Part shown: in pieces, positions 26,751 through 41,134 of the stretch
Position numbering within the stretch: position 1 is the first letter of the stretch
How the letters are laid out: every line of letters starts with the position of its first letter
DNA from: Octopus bimaculoides
Taxonomy: Eukaryota
Assembly: GCF_001194135.2 (NCBI RefSeq)
Contig: NC_068982.1
Coordinates: forward strand, 109,102,177 to 109,166,176
Length of the DNA stretch: 64,000 bases
Reading direction: 5' to 3'
Notes under the pieces: model-generated
Database searches by the model: none
Seen by the model: only the letters and a program-made list of their open reading frames with translations
What the model was told of the DNA's origin: nothing
Made by a program: the position numbers and the translations under genes

Positions 26751-29700
26751 CATAGTAAATGCTCATGAAAGGAACTTAAATATATATATATATATATATA
26801 TAAAAGAAATAGTTGAGATTCTTTTGAATTATGTATTTAAGTTGAAGCACCAAGTCAGTCTGGTATTATCCGCACAGCTTGAAGTAAGGTGAATAAAATC
26901 AAAATAAGCAACAGGATGTCAGGTAGTGATGCAGTATGACCATTCAATAGACAAGTAGTAAGAGCACATGTCCATTAATTATATCTGCACCTGCTTATTA
27001 TTACATATACCAACATTGAATATAAACAAAATCATATTAAATCTATAGCTACAAATCGTTGAAAGTAGTATTTGCCATATATTTTTCCCACCTTCATTAC
27101 AACCACCTCCATGTTACATCCAGCTCTCTTTAGACTATCTCACTAATAGCATTTATCAGCTATACCCAGTGAGATCCCTGGGCTGTTTCATTGACTTTAT
27201 TTTATGTGTATCTCTTTTTTAAGATCTCATACATGTGGTTATTTGTCATTATGACAAATGTCCTTTGTATCTTTTGCATATTCATTATTTGCACTTATAT
27301 ATTTGTTTGAAGCTGATGATATACTCTGTTACTACATTATGTTTCTTTCTTTTGTCATCTGAACAACTGTACAAATTAAGGAACATGTAGTAGTAGCAGA
27401 GGGAATCATTAACATAATCTCTAAGTTTAAGTTTAGCCAGACTGCATCAATATTTCTCTGTATGAATATTGACTTGCAAAATTTCAAACCATTTTAAGTT
27501 TTTGGTAGGATTCATTTAACTTTGGTCACTGTAGAGCTGAAAAGATACAGCTTATAGGCATATTGAAAATAACATCACAAAGTTGAAAATGACTTACATA
27601 TCATTGTTAAATCTGACAACTGATAAGAAATTGCTTTTATACTAATGCCGTACATATATTGCAAAATTGCTACTGAAAATGAAAGAAACTGTGAAGTCAG
27701 TTTACTACTGTCACTGTGCTGTTGTAAACCTTGCGTATATTTCCCAAGTTACATTTTATAGTAAGACTATATATGTTTTAAACACACTTTGGTTATTGAA
27801 TCTTCTACAATTATCTTTCTTTTTGTACTATCATTAGTTTAACCATTTTGCTTCTAAATATTAGAATTAATCCTTTTGTGGAGAATAATAACTAATTATT
27901 TTCATTACTATTTGCATTTTATTTGTTTATTCAGGTTATTAGTTCAAAGGAAGTGTTCTAGATTTGAGTGTAGCCTTGCACTATGTTTTGATGCCAGCAA
28001 TAATCATATAAAGTTCTCTCTTTGTCTACAGAATTGTAGACAGACTAAAATATATCTGTAAAAATGTAATTTGTTGATTGGCTGTACTTAAAATATTTAT
28101 TCATCCCAGTGAGCTCCTCTTGTCTCTATTTTTGATTATATATGTACATGATGATGACAGAGATCTTCCAATGTATCATAACAACCCTGTGTCTCTTTGC
28201 AGACCAGCTGTAAGCTGAGCCAATCAAATTTGTTTTCCACTTATCTCTGATGTCATCTGTTTCATTTGTTTCCTGTATGAACTGCTTAAAAAGTGTCTTT
28301 AAAAATGTCCGTTTAAAAGTAGATGTCATTTCTATTCTTCCATTGTAATGATTTCATTTCTTCATAACAGACAATATTTGAATGTTGATTAGTTGAAAAT
28401 AGCTACAAATATATAATGAATCAAAACAAAAATGAAGATCATGTTTCATTAGCCAGAGTTTTTGTTTGAGTTTAGATTGTTTATATAAAATAGCCTTAAA
28501 CGTGTGGAAGTGCAGCAGCAGGAAAGCAGGGGAAAGAGGACAGTATCCCAGTTAAGGTGTTGGATATGTCGAAGATGTCAGTTGATACTGACAAATGGTA
28601 TTGAAAAAATGTTTTGTTTAAAGTAGGGTGGTCTGTGGTGGAGGTGAAGTCAAATAAACACAATAGCAATTACCTGAATTAATATCTGTTGACAGTTTTT
28701 TATTGAGTATTTATGACAGGTATAGGTTATATCATCTGGCTTCTAACTTCCCCTAACTTGCTGTTCTATGACAAGTGATGATTGTTATGTTATAGGAAAA
28801 TATAATTATGGCAGTTATGGGTTGGTTATATTGTACTTGTCTACTGCTTATGTTTATACTAGGGCAGATATACAGCAGTGTTTTAATATTTTCAGTTAAA
28901 GTATATTGCATGACAGAAGTGTGGTTATGTGTAAGGGTAGGAGACTATGAAAAATTTTGTGTTTGCCGAGAGAAAAATTACATCTACTTAAGCAACAAAA
29001 CAAAGCATATTTCATGTCATTCAATTTCTTTTTTATTTACAGTTTACAAATATTTTTTTTTCTGTGAATTCAAAAAATCCCCACAAAAACCATACATGGT
29101 TTGAAACCAAGTCATAATCACATTTAGCTTGAAACTAGCTCTTAATCCTGATTGGTTAGATACTAACACTTAAAATCTTGTCTTTCAATCAGCTGAAGTA
29201 ATCCAAAAACAATTGGTTACATGAAGAATCTCCATCAATAGCTATTGCTCATTCAAGATTGTTAGTTACTTATCAGTCAAGTATAAGATTATTTTTCTCT
29301 TGCATCATTTTACAAAGCGTTTTAATTGAATTTTAAGCATCTATTTGTAATCTTTTGTATGGTGATTTGTTCACAAAATGTTCATTTGTTTTATGCTTGT
29401 TTTTCCATGCTAGTATGGATTAGATGAATACATATTATTGAGACATTGTTTTTTATGGTTTGATGCCCTTCCTGTTGCTAGCCCTTATTGGATTTTCAAG
29501 TTTAAAGGGATATATTTGTGTGCGTGTGTGTCTGCCTGCATTTGTGTTAACTGGTTTCAAAACAGTGTGTCTAATTACATAACTTTACATCATAAAAAAA
29601 GTAGAATTTACCTATATAAAATTTAAATAAAACAATCAAACTACAGACTCAACAATAAAAACACAAAGGCAGTTATTTAAAGGGACACACATTTGATTTC

Positions 29701-30932
29701 ACCATTGCTTTATAGTCAATAAAAAAGAACCTTCGTTTTATGTTGTTTTTTTTATTAGTAATAAGATTAGCTTGCATAGTCATAAGGAAAGACATGAAGT
29801 TTACGCTGTTATTATGTTTGGTGGCTAGCAGATTTATCCAACCACCTTCCTACAGTCTGTTGCCAGTTCTCCTTTGGTCACAGTTAGTCTTGCCTTACCA
29901 CTAACTCCATCATGTTTGTATATGTCTGACCATCAGTAATGTTTAGTTGCATTTCTTTATTTATAACTTTGTAAATACACAGGCATAAAAGAAATGGTGG
30001 TACAGTGGAAGAGATGTGATTAAAGTAAGTCTAGTATATTGTTGGTAATTAGTCTATTGATCATGGAAAGAGAAAATATAAAGTTGATCACTCAAACTGG
30101 ATACTACAAATGTCCAGTTGTACCAGATTACCTTTTTTCTTTTTTTTTTTTTTCAATAATGGTAGTGATAATAATAATGATGATGATAGGTAATGAGGAC
30201 ATTGATGCTGGTAGTGATGATGATAATAACTACAACAATAACTAGAAAAGCACTCGGAGAGCGCAGACCTCCACCAAGCAGCTCATTTCCACCCATATAC
30301 ATGCATGCTGAAAATTGCCCAGTTTTCCAAACCAATGCTGGCAAAAACATAACCTTCTTGGTTGGGGTAAAAAAAAATAACACAGCCATATGATTTTAAG
30401 AAAGAAATCCCTTTAAAAACAGGAATCATCTGAAGCAGTTCACAACCACCAGCATCATCAGCAGCATTGTCATTGCTTTCACTTCAACCACATACACCGC
30501 CATCAATGTTATCATGACAGTTACCTTGACAGTCACTTTCACCACCACAACCAGTATAACCACTGCAATACCACCATCACACAACTAACACTATCATCAA
30601 CACCACTATTACCACCATCACCTCAGCACTACACATCACACCGCTCCTGTCGCCATTATAACCACCGATACTATTTCATCCTCCTCTCATATTCATCTCG
30701 ATCATCGTCATCATCAACACTGTCTCTAAACAGCAACGCCACCATAGATTACGTGGAAACGATGTGTTTTCAAGGGAGATAATCAAAGAACGTAACATCA
30801 AATACTGTTTCATCAAATACCATTTCGTCAAATACCGTTCACGACTTTTTGAGTTATTTTGCACACAGACGGACAGACGGGCAAATCAATGCCAATGAAA
30901 ACATAACCTCCTTTCTTGGCAGAGGTAATAAT

Positions 30933-31150
30933 AATCCTTTCTATTCTCGGCACATGGCCTGAAGTTATTTGGAGCAGGAAGACTGTTGATTACATTGATT
31001 CCAATACTCAAATGCTACTTATTTTATTGACCCTGGAAGGATGAAAGACAAAGTTGACCTCGGTGACATTTGAACTCAGGACATAACAATGGACAAAATG
31101 CTGCTAAGCAGTTTTTCCGGTGCAGTAATGATTCCACCAGCTTTTCACTT
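30933..31150 (-). mobile_element. tRNA-derived SINE family B with intact 3' tail
   Basis: Homologous to 41135-41315; the minus-strand tail ends ggccatgtgccgagaatagaaaggatt. Confidence 0.65.
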
Positions 31151-31180
31151 AATCATGATAATATTAAGAAAAAGTGAGCT

Positions 31181-31500
31181 ATTGAACCAAATTGACCAGA
31201 TATGATTGTAGAAAGACACTATAAAAACAAAAAAGTATAAGACTTTGCAGTCCTATATAGTAGTAGTATGGAGATCAAGGAAACTGATAAAAATTGAGAA
31301 ATACCAGGACCTACCCAGAGAGAGGAAAAAAATTGTGGAACAAGAAGATGAAAATTGTTCCTGTGGTAATTAATGCATTGAATGTAACATCCAAATTGCT
31401 ATATAAAAGGCTGAAGGATATTACATTTGAAGTAAATATTGTCAACCTGCAGAAAAATGCCATCCTGTGTAATGTGCAAGAATCCTGAGAAAAATTCTTA
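31181..31500 (+). mobile_element. C-terminal restriction-like endonuclease (PD-D/ExK) fragment of an RLE-type non-LTR element (R4/Dong/NeSL-like)
   Basis: Decayed PDMIV...DFAV...EKYQDL.RE.KKLWNKKMKIVPVVINAL...LQKNAIL. Confidence 0.7.
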
Positions 31501-31846
31501 ACATTTGAGGAAATTTATCATCAAACTTCAAGATAGAATCCCTGCAAATTTAATTAGCATGTAATAATTTTCGAATATACAACTTACTAACACACATTAC
31601 ATATACTACTCACATAGTCACCATACAGTTCACTCTATATACCCCACCCCCTCCTCATCTACATAATTTGAAATTGAAAATATATACATGTGTTTTATTT
31701 AAATCTCTTGGCACCAAGATGCTCTGTTAACATCTCTGCAGTTTCGGTTGGTTTTCTTGTGTTATTTATATATGTGTTCATTATATACTTTTGATTTATT
31801 TCAGTTTTGGTTAAAAATAAATGACTTGTAATTTGTTTTTTTATAG

Positions 31847-31905
31847 AACTTGAACGTCGAATTAAAGTCAACAATGCTGAATATAACCTCCAGTTTGGAT
31901 ATGCC
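31847..31905 (+). CDS. ATP8B: P4-ATPase exon (E)LERRIKVNNAEYNLQFGYA
   Basis: tttttttatag acceptor, GCC|gtaagt donor, 59 nt, phase 1->0; matches the ATP8B ERxVKANDREYNxxFxYA motif. Confidence 0.93.
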
Positions 31906-33095
31906 GTAAGTAGTCATCATATAAATGAACTTTTGAAGTTTGAAACACTCATAGGTTGAACCTTACCATAGGCATTATTTTCTTTGATGCCTTCATAATG
32001 CTTTCAGTCTAACACAAAAGGCACATACACTCAGCCAACTAAAAGCACAAATATTTTCTTTAAGTAATCTTTAATATTTTAGGAGGAAAAAAACTAACAT
32101 TCATTTTGCTCAATTTCACTGTAATTATCACATTAGCTTAAAGACACAAAGTGCTCAAGTTGCTACAATGTAATGCAATCAGATTGTGTTAGGTGTAGTA
32201 CACACCTAGCCCAACATGGACAGATTATCCCATAAACATTACATAATATTTTCCAACTGTCACGTCACATTTCACACAACCAGACATTGCATTATGGGAA
32301 GTAGAACATGGTCTCAGACAGAAGAATGGATATCTGCTTTATTGAATATAGGAAACAAAATCTCCAGGTTTCAGCTGTGTCATTGCATTATATCTAGGTT
32401 TGCTTGAGTAGATAGCACTCAACAGCAATAGCAACCAAATTTTTATTCGTCTACTGGTTTGGTTTCTTATGAAATTAAACAGTTAGTACCTCTTTACTAT
32501 GTTAATGTACCTTGGAAATTTACTAGCAGCACTTTATAGATATAGTAATCTCTAGTTACTATAGAAGTATTATGTTTATCCAGAGACAATATTGGTCATA
32601 AATGTTTTCTGGTATACAAGTGGTGCATGCACTCATACTGCTAGAAGTAGACAAATTTTCCCATTATCTTAATTAAAAAAAAACTAGCAGGATCTGTGGA
32701 AATTCCATGGAATGAAAAGAATTAAGGGGAGCTATTTAAGAAAGAAAGGATGATTTGCATTTTTATTGCCTAAAAATAAACAATAACAATCTATACAATA
32801 CTTAATACACATATTTGTTAATATTTAATCTTATTGAAACTGTGAGATCTATATATAATTGCATATTCCTTATTATGCAGTATTTTATCACAATTACTTT
32901 GCTTTACTTTATATACACTTCTCACTCACTCCACTTCCCCCTCTCTCTAACAATGTGTGAATGAATGAACAAGCAGAATTATAATATAGGTGATACATGA
33001 GACAAAATGTTTCTTGAAATACCAAAAGCATGGATGGTCACAATTGGAACACTTTTGATCATCAGTCTGCTTAATTAGAGCTTACTTGTAGCTGA

Positions 33096-33170
33096 ACCAC
33101 CACCACCACCACCACCACCACCACCTCCTCCTCCTCCTCCTCCTCACAACAGCAGCAACAACAACAACAA
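33096..33170. repeat. Compound trinucleotide repeat (CCA)n(CCT)n(CAG)(CAA)n
   Basis: Direct reading. Confidence 0.9.
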
Positions 33171-35095
33171 CATGAAATTTGCATTGTTTCATATATTTTT
33201 GCTTAAGTTTAAGATCAATACTTGTTCAATGCTAATTTTTATTTTTGATACATCCCATTTTACTTGTATTGATACACCTGCTCATGTATATGATCACATA
33301 CATATACATGTGTACAAATGTTTCACAGCTATCACATTGATATATTTTCATGTTTATTTTTGTCTCCTTTATGCTGTGTACTATGTAAGTTAAAAATATA
33401 CTCATTTTTATCTGCATATATGCCCTCCCTTGGTATGTGTTATTTCATTACTTACTTTCTTTCTTACCATCACCAATTTTTATTGCTACCATCTCTCTCT
33501 CTCTCTCCTCTCTCTCTCTCCTCTCTCTCCTCTCTCNNNNNNNNNNNNNNNNNNNNNNNNNNNNNNNNNNNNNNNNNNNNNNNNNNNNNNNNNNNNNNNN
33601 NNNNNNNNNNNNNNNNNNNNNNNNNNNNNNNNNNNNNNNNNNNNNNNNNNNNNNNNNNNNNNNNNNNNNNNNNNNNNNNNNNNNNNNNNNNNNNNNNNNN
33701 NNNNNNNNNNNNNNNNNNNNNNNNNNNNNNNNNNNNNNNNNNNNNNNNNNNNNNNNNNNNNNNNNNNNNNNNNNNNNNNNNNNNNNNNNNNNNNNNNNNN
33801 NNNNNNNNNNNNNNNNNNNNNNNNNNNNNNNNNNNNNNNNNNNNNNNNNNNNNNNNNNNNNNNNNNNNNNNNNNNNNNNNNNNNNNNNNNNNNNACTTTC
33901 TTTCTTACCATCACCAATTTTTATTGCTACCATCTCTCTCTCTCTCTCCTCTCTCTCTCTCCTCTCTCTCTCTCTTTCTCTCCCTCTCTCACATTACTCC
34001 TTTATATCAATGTCCATCACTTTCTCTTTCACATTAGCCTCTCACTTCCATTACTCCTTTTTTCATTACTTCCTTTTCCTTATTAATCATGCTGTCTTCC
34101 ATCATCACATAACTCTTGCTTTTTTCTCTTCCGTCTTCTTACCAACAGTCAACATGTAGCTATCACACTCTTGCTCCAATCACTCAAGTTTCCCATTCTT
34201 ACTCTTTCCTGGCACCCTCTCACTATAGTTCTTTTATTTTCATCATTCTCTCTTCTATCATCCTTCAGTCATGTTTTGAAGACAGTGTAAGGTAGAGATG
34301 ACATGGCAACCTCTCTAGTGCTTGTGTCATAATAAAATGTATCCAGTTCACTCTGTAAACAAACAAAAACTACAAGGTACAGAGAACTCTTAGTCATATA
34401 GAGGCAAGACAACATTTCTAATGCTAAGGCTACAATAAAATGCCTATAGTATCTTGATAATACTAAAACTTTAGGGATGTTTGTGTGTTACTGAAATATC
34501 TCAGAAAGAGTACAAATTTTTGTGACATTTGGACCTCTATTTAAATGATTAAACACAATTTTTGTTATTTCTTGATGCAAAAATACATGGCTTCTGTGAA
34601 GTCAACACACATACACACATACAAAATGCACACACATATAATGAATGTCATTGTGTGTCAATTAATACAAACGCATGTCCGCTATCTGTGACATATACAC
34701 ACACAGTCTTCGTTCTCTCTAAGAAAAAAAAAAAAACGTTGACTTTTTGATGTACGCAATATTTTAATCATTTAGAAATATTTTTCACTGAATGTGATTT
34801 CATCATCTGGAGTTTGTTAATTTCCTTAAAAAAACTTTTATTTATTTACTTTTGTTTTAAAGTGAAAGAGAGGAGAAAGTGAAAGATGTATGTACGTATA
34901 TATGAAATGGATGTGTGTATGTATGTGAGAGAGAGAGAGAAAAAGAGAGTGAGTGAAGGGGTGTGTTGTCATGCATATGTGCATACATTAATACATATGT
35001 GTACATCATTTTTGTATGTATGTGTGCATGTGTGTGAGAGAGAGTGTGAGTGAATGTGTGTGTTCTCATGTAAGTGGCACACTCTCTTTCTCTCT

Positions 35096-35126
<31 letters not shown>

Positions 35127-36866
35127 ATACACTCGCACACACACGCGCACACACACATTCATTTCATACATATGTTCATACATCTTTCACTTTCTCCTCT
35201 CTTTCACTTTAAAACAAAAGTAACAGGTGATTTTCAGGATAAAAATTATTAAAAAACAGCTTCTACTCATGTAAATTGATTACTATTGTTTGGATAGTTC
35301 TAATTAGAAAATTCCAGAAGTTAGGTTAAATATATATACATGCATAAGTACCCTGAATTCCCATTCTACAAAAATGGCAAACAATTCTGTGAATGCTTTA
35401 CTGGGCAATGCTGGGTAGTAAGTCTAGTTCTCTATAAAATAGCTGGCTTTAGACAGGCCATCCAGCCATAAAAGCCATGCTAAAGAAGGAATGTACTAGC
35501 AAGGATGGTACCTGATCATTCTAAAACTGTAGTAATTCTCAACATGTACTGACATGGATTATGATGACCTGTCCAATTCATACCAGCATAGAGAAGTACA
35601 TGTAAAATAATGATGATATGCATGCAAATATACATACTGACACACAGATATACATATTGACAGTCATACATTCTGCTAAATACCAGCTGCATATCATTTC
35701 CAATTGATGAACCTGCCTTTCCTACACATACCATCCTCACTTGTTTCTCTGACACTAAGATTTGTACTCAATCTTCCCTATTCACACTGCAGAACTCCAC
35801 AGACATTAGTCTAAAGAAGTTCAAACTATATTAATATTATCTAGCGACTTGCAAATTTAATGGACACCCATTTTTTCTTTATAAATTGTAATATAGCAAA
35901 ATATCTATATTCAAGAGGTAAATATAATATTGAATAATACCAACATTTCTCCTGTTGTTGCTTTAACATTGATTTCAAAGTTTAATTAAAATCTCACCAC
36001 TATCTATGGTTATATGATGACTGTAGAAGTGTCCTATAATAAGGTACTGGAAGTATTGGTGACTAACTCATGAGTCTTGATTTCAAATCCTGTCATTGAT
36101 GTTATATTATGTGACCATTCAAAGTCTAATATTCTCATATCTGTTAATGGAAAATAGTTGTTACTCAGATTGACTCTTTCTTTAGGGAAGGGCATCCCGT
36201 TATAAAGTCTATCTTCTGGCAGTTCATCAAAAAACTTATCTGAATTTATAAAAGCATATCAGCATGTAAAAACCTGTACAAAAATGTTAAAATAAAAATT
36301 CATGTTTAGAGTTGCTTTAAAATATTAAATAGATTTTAGGTACTATTGTTACCTAAAAGCTCCCTATAACTAAAACCAAGATAAGAAGTGTCTTAATGTT
36401 TTCAGAATGAATGAGTGCTGGTATCAAATTTGAGGCTCAAATTTATAAGAAACTATACTTAGTACGAGATGATTCTAATTTGTTATTCTATTTTATTACT
36501 GAAGTATTAAATTGAATTATTGGGAACTAAAGCAGACTGAATTGCTGATATCTTAAATTTCTTGCAAAAGTTTCATGTAGATTTACATTGCTGCATCTTC
36601 TATCAAAGTATCACTCTTATGAGTAGTAGAAAACTAAACTCATATTCAATCAGTTAAAAATCCATTTAACCACTTAGACCCTCAGGCTTGCTTCATTAGA
36701 ATGATAGGTGCTATACTATAATGACTTCACAATCACACCATAATTGATTCTTTTCTAATGCCCTTGCTTGTTTTTATGTTTTGTAAATTTGGTTCCAGCT
36801 ATTTTCTGTTGAAAATTCTCCCAGTGTTGACACCTAGAGAACCAATGTCATTTATTTTTATTTCAG

Positions 36867-36980
36867 ACTAACTACATCAGTACATCCAAGTACAATGTTT
36901 TAACATTTCTTCCCAAGAACTTATTTGAGCAGTTCCGGCGACTTGCCAATTCTTATTTTCTAATTCTCCTTATCCTACAG
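36867..36980 (+). CDS. ATP8B: P4-ATPase exon [38 protein letters not shown] (includes TM1)
   Basis: tttcag acceptor, CAG|gtatgt donor, 114 nt; carries the conserved TSKY...FLPxNLFEQF.R.AN.YF motif. Confidence 0.97.
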
Positions 36981-37634
36981 GTATGTAAACAAATACTGTA
37001 CTTCACCTTTGTGCAAGGAGCTGAAAGTGATTTACTTACTCTGTTGTATGTATTTGCGTGTGTCTTTGAATTAACAATATTGATCACGGTTGGCAAGAAG
37101 GATTGCTGATTTATCATTATTGAATGTATATATATGTGGTATATGCTATTTAAAAAAAGTGTTATGATTTGGCATGTCTTCTTGGTAATAATAATAAGGA
37201 TAAGTATAAAAAAAAGAAAAAGAAAAAAGAAAAAAATAGAGTTGGAATGTAAGTAGTTGCTAGGGATTGACTAATGCAGAAATTCCATTCTGAAATATAC
37301 CAGGCAAGTTATGGTGAAATTGATTTGACTTATTAAGGACAATGACATACAAAAATGCTACAATTTTATAATAGTAAACCTTTTAGTGTTTTTATGTTAA
37401 TTATATAAACTTACTACTACAGCTGAAGACCCTGTTGTTTCAAGTTTTTTGGATATACTACCTACTAACAAAATTACAATGAGCTATGTTAAATATCAAA
37501 TTTGTCTTAGAGAATTGTTATTAAAACTGACCTCATCATTAGAATGTGTCCAACCCATGCCAGCATGGAAGATGGATGTTAAATGATAATGATGATGATT
37601 TACAATATTTACATTTATGCTATGTTTCGATCAG

Positions 37635-38115
37635 GTATGCAGGTTTGGTTGTGTGGTTAAAAAGCTTGTGTGATCTTGGATTCAATCTCATTGGGTAGTA
37701 CTTTGGTCAAGTGTTTTCTACTATAATCCCAGGCCCACCAAAGCCTTGTGAATGAATTTAGTGGACAGAAACTGAAAAGAAGCCCATTGTGTGTGTGTAT
37801 ATATAGATAGATAGGTATACTGTGTGTGTGCATGTGTGTGTGTATGCATGTGTTTGTACCTTTGTGCTAGATACCACATGATAGTTGTAAATGTACACTG
37901 TTATCATATAAGCAAGGTTATTTGATTCTAGTTTTCTGTGAGAAACATATCCGCCTATGGGTAAATATTACTTTGCTTGGAGACAGTTGAGCATTGGCAG
38001 CAAGAAAAGCATCTTGCCATAGAAATATCTGCTTCAACAAATTCCATCTGATCCAAGCAAGTAAGGAAAAGTGACTGTTAAATAATTATTATTATGATGA
38101 TGATGATGATGATGT
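37635..38115 (+). mobile_element. tRNA-derived SINE family A
   Basis: ggttgtgtggttaaaaagcttg...gaaactgaaaagaagccc...(GAT)n. Confidence 0.7.
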
Positions 38116-39630
38116 ACATGGTCCCATACTAGATCCAAACTAGGAACATTCATTTCTAAACTAAGCAAAGTAATTTCATTATTTACTAAGCCAGTGCTGT
38201 GCATGTTCTGGGGGTTTTGTAGATAACAATATTAGTACTGATGGTTTTGGATTATCTACACATCCAGGGTGACTATCAAAGACTGAGTTGATTTTAATGT
38301 AGTATAGATATAGATATTGTAAATATACACTTCAAAGAGGAAGTGAATAGTCTGTACCATTTATATAGTAATGTATAAATTACTACTGAACTGAAGTATT
38401 TTCTGAAGCTAATAAGAGAAAAGCTATTCTTTGAGACACAGTTATGTTACAAATAATGGGTTTCACAATCTTCTTAAGAAAGATCTTCAGTTATTGTGAA
38501 ACGAGATTTGTAGAAAGTTTGAATTGCCTGTCACTTGCTACAGCTTTGTGGGATTTGAATTACATGTTGCCCCAGATGAGAGAGTGTGATGCACAAGACT
38601 GTGTCTGTGCATTCTGTGCAGTGATTATATCTTTGTGCAAGATTATCTTGTTCCCACTGGAGACTGGTTTTGGGTTCTCTATTTATGAGGGCAGTGCAAA
38701 TTTGGAAAGTGGTATTTAGGGTGTATGTCTATGTGCAGAATATTAGGGAGGAACAAAAATGCTATGATTTGGATAGGAATGACTGTTATTTGAGGTGACT
38801 GCAGGTTAAGTTGTTAACATACAAGAGGGAGAGTCTGGGTAATATAAAACAAATCTTGGAGCACACCAGAGTTGATAATGTATGTCAGAAGACTTATAAT
38901 TGTGTTCCGCAATCTGACAGGAAACTTTCCATGTAAGAGATTAAAGACAGATGAATCCTTTAGTTGGGCAGTCAAAACACTTTGAAAATTGTGATTTAGA
39001 ATTGTATAGAAGAAATTGATTACATCCACATTTCAAGGAGCTGATTTTACTTTCTTCATTTTTATATTAGAGGAAAATAGAAGAATGCTAATCAGAAAAT
39101 GCTATTAAAGAAACAAATCTTTGTTTTTTGATTGGCATTTTCTTCTAACTTTTTTTTTTATCTGGCATATCAAAGATATATTCAAATAAGTCAATGTTGG
39201 AGGATAGTGTTGTTGGTACTGGAATAGTTGTTGGATAAATTTACTAGGTTCTAATGCTTTTAGCAATAATAAAACAAGTAGCAGAAGGAAACTATTATAA
39301 AAACTGTGCCTTTAGCATTGTAGGTTTCCCAAATCTCTCTCTCTCTCTGTAGAACCATATGTTTATAGTTAATACAACAATCTCTGTAATCATTCATAGA
39401 CATTATCTTGGAGAGAAGAGTCTTTCTCCTAGATGTTACCACCAATTTTTAAGAGACCATAATTTTTCTATTGGAGGAAAAGGAAAATATTTTTGGTTAA
39501 GAAAGGTCATATTATCTTAGACAATTCAGCAAATCTCCTTAATTAATTTCATAAATTTCTTTAAATAGTTTGAAAATGATAAAGTCATCTGTGATGTAGA
39601 CATTAATAATGGAGTATTTTGTCATAAAAG

Positions 39631-39729
39631 CTGATTCCACAGGTGTCATCTCTGAATCCAATTGCCACATTCATACCATTAGTCACTGTTCTGGGAATCA
39701 GTGCCATTAAAAGTGCTATTGATGACATA
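39631..39729 (+). CDS. ATP8B: TM2 exon, variant A: LIPQVSSLNPIATFIPLVTVLGISAIKSAIDDI
   Basis: 99 nt, phase 0-0, open frame, ATA|gtaagt donor, weak AAG acceptor with an alternative in-frame CAG ending at 39642; homologous to variant B. Confidence 0.82.
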
Positions 39730-41134
39730 GTAAGTGAAATTTGGGTATAATTCATTTCCTGTTACCTTTGGCTGATCCTAAAAGTGCTAAATTCATGTTA
39801 CCTTTGGCTGGTCCCAAAAGTGCTAAATTATTATAATTATTTTCATTATTTATTGTTTTTTTTTTTAGAAGCTAAAGAAATTTGAGTACTTGTAATTTTT
39901 GTTGCAATACTTTGAAAGGAAAAATTAGCCCCTAAAATGTCTTGAATGCAAAATGTCCTTTAAAAACCTTAGGTTTCTTGTCTATGTAAGAATCTGATAT
40001 TAATAATTGACTACTTAATAAGTTGGATTTGGTGCCGAAAGTTTATGATTTCAAACCCTATAATTGACATTGTTATCTGCACATATGTGGCAATTAACAA
40101 TTCCAACTGCCTGTGAGTAAAAATGGTTTCAGATTCACACAATTTAATGGTAACTTGCTGCAAAAGGTCTGTTCAAATAGTTCCCATACAATTTCACTTT
40201 TAACCCTTTAAACCTCTGTATGAAAAATTTATAAGTATTTACTTTTTTGCATTTGAACAAAGTAAAAACGAAATATACTTGTGGGCTTTTCATGCACATT
40301 CACATGTAAATGAAGTACAATAAAAAATTGTGGGAATTGAAACTAGCTCACAAGCTCTGATCAATTGAGTTTGGAATTGTATTAGTGCTTATTCATAAAG
40401 TTTTGTTACCATCAAAAAATTACAGTACACAAATTTCTTTATGTTTGTATTATCTTTAGAATTATCTCGGAAGCATATTTGTAGCCAAGAAAGTTACTTT
40501 ATAGATAGATGATGAATTTTAATTGAATGTTGATTTTTAGCATTGTTCAGTGTCACAAAATTTGGAGAAGGGGTAAACCAATTACTTCTACCCCAGTATT
40601 TGTATGATAATTTCTTTACTAATGTATGGAAGCTGATATAAAAAGCAAAGATGACCATGAAAGTAGAACATAAATTATATTACTAAACATTACACAACAC
40701 TTTGTTTGGTACTCTGCTGATTCTACCTTCTTATAACTTTTATTGTATTTATGATAAAAAAATAAAACTTGTTTTCTATGTTCAGCTGAACAAATTTTGG
40801 CTTCAAGTGAATATTTTTTATGCCATATGTAGAATTTCATATGTCTAAGACAGATGTTGTTGTGCAAGATTTGCTAGGGTTTCTATAAAGATCACAAATA
40901 TATTTTGTTATTAAAATTCCTTTCTTGGCTTTGTCTGCACAAGCCTGTAAATTACTCACCAATAGCATTTGGTGATGGCTTTCTGCTGGGTAAGCAGTAT
41001 TTATTGCTTTATCCAAGAGTGTAGCAGACTGAAGCATTTACTTGAGATACATCATTTCAACCTGTGAGCTAGAAGATTTATATCGTTAATGTTTCATGTG
41101 CAACTTATTGCATATTGTAATAATAAATTTTTTG

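Noticed and set aside
28126-28660. Unique-looking segment with short ORFs and donor-like sites, considered as another first exon or nested gene
   Set aside because: No donor in the required phase 1 with a credible start; the peptides resemble nothing recognisable.
33449-33975. Identical sequence on both sides of the gap 33537-33894, giving long X-containing ORFs
   Set aside because: Most likely an assembly overlap at a (CT)n microsatellite; the ORFs are read-through of Ns.
38440-39000. Possible decayed Penelope GIY-YIG region on the minus strand with a CTGAAGA...GAAAC motif
   Set aside because: The similarity is too faint to support without a profile search.
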